DNA of 64,000 bases from Octopus sinensis. Its lineage: Eukaryota. Made by a program: the position numbers and the translations under genes. Positions within the stretch are counted from its first letter, which is position 1, and each line of letters opens with the position of its first letter. The notes beneath the pieces are model-generated. The model saw only the letters and a program-made list of their open reading frames with translations. It searched no databases and was not told the origin of the DNA. The stretch spans positions 43,586,001 through 43,650,000 of the forward strand of contig NC_042999.1 in NCBI RefSeq assembly GCF_006345805.1, in the 5' to 3' direction. This document shows positions 63,771 through 64,000 of this stretch, in pieces.

Positions 63771-64000
63771 CGATCTGACACGAAGCCACCGAACCAAGAG
63801 ACGAGAGACAAATGTAGTTAATGGGTGAGCAATTTTGCCTGGAAATGAGCAAGTCAGACGCGGCTGAAAGTTTTGTTGATGTCGCAGCAACAACATTACT
63901 TTTGTCATATTTCTCAAGTGTGGGTGACAAAAGAGTAGGTCTTTGTTACGTCTGGCTTCACGAGTCATTGCCGATAGTTATTAAAGGAAAGAGATTCAAC

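Overview
AT-rich, microsatellite-saturated eukaryotic genomic DNA. The repeat families and simple-repeat load are typical of an octopus/coleoid cephalopod genome (inference from recall, not a database match). No intact protein-coding gene, rRNA, true tRNA or CRISPR array is supported, and most listed ORFs are translated microsatellites. The window is mainly transposon debris: (1) a young, 5'-truncated RTE-type LINE (11.7-14.4 kb) with a C4HC3 PHD finger inside its ORF2 after the RT core, whose 3' tail recurs in about 10 short copies; (2) older RTE-BovB-like, RTE-1-like, R4/Dong-like (REL endonuclease), L1/Tx1-like, CR1/L2-like and Penelope-like fragments; (3) Tc1, maT (DD37D) and mariner relics, a Helitron Rep relic and Helentron/HINE-like elements; (4) several tRNA-headed SINE families, one carrying an internal microsatellite; (5) several foldback inverted repeats. 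The most notable hidden signal is a pair of type I minimal hammerhead ribozyme motifs with palindromic stem III (47660-47707, 55654-55704), plus a second degenerate hammerhead-like repeat family. A CpG-rich unique segment (14.8-15.5 kb) and a few short splice-flanked open frames may belong to a host gene but are unproven. Repeat boundaries were read by eye and are approximate.
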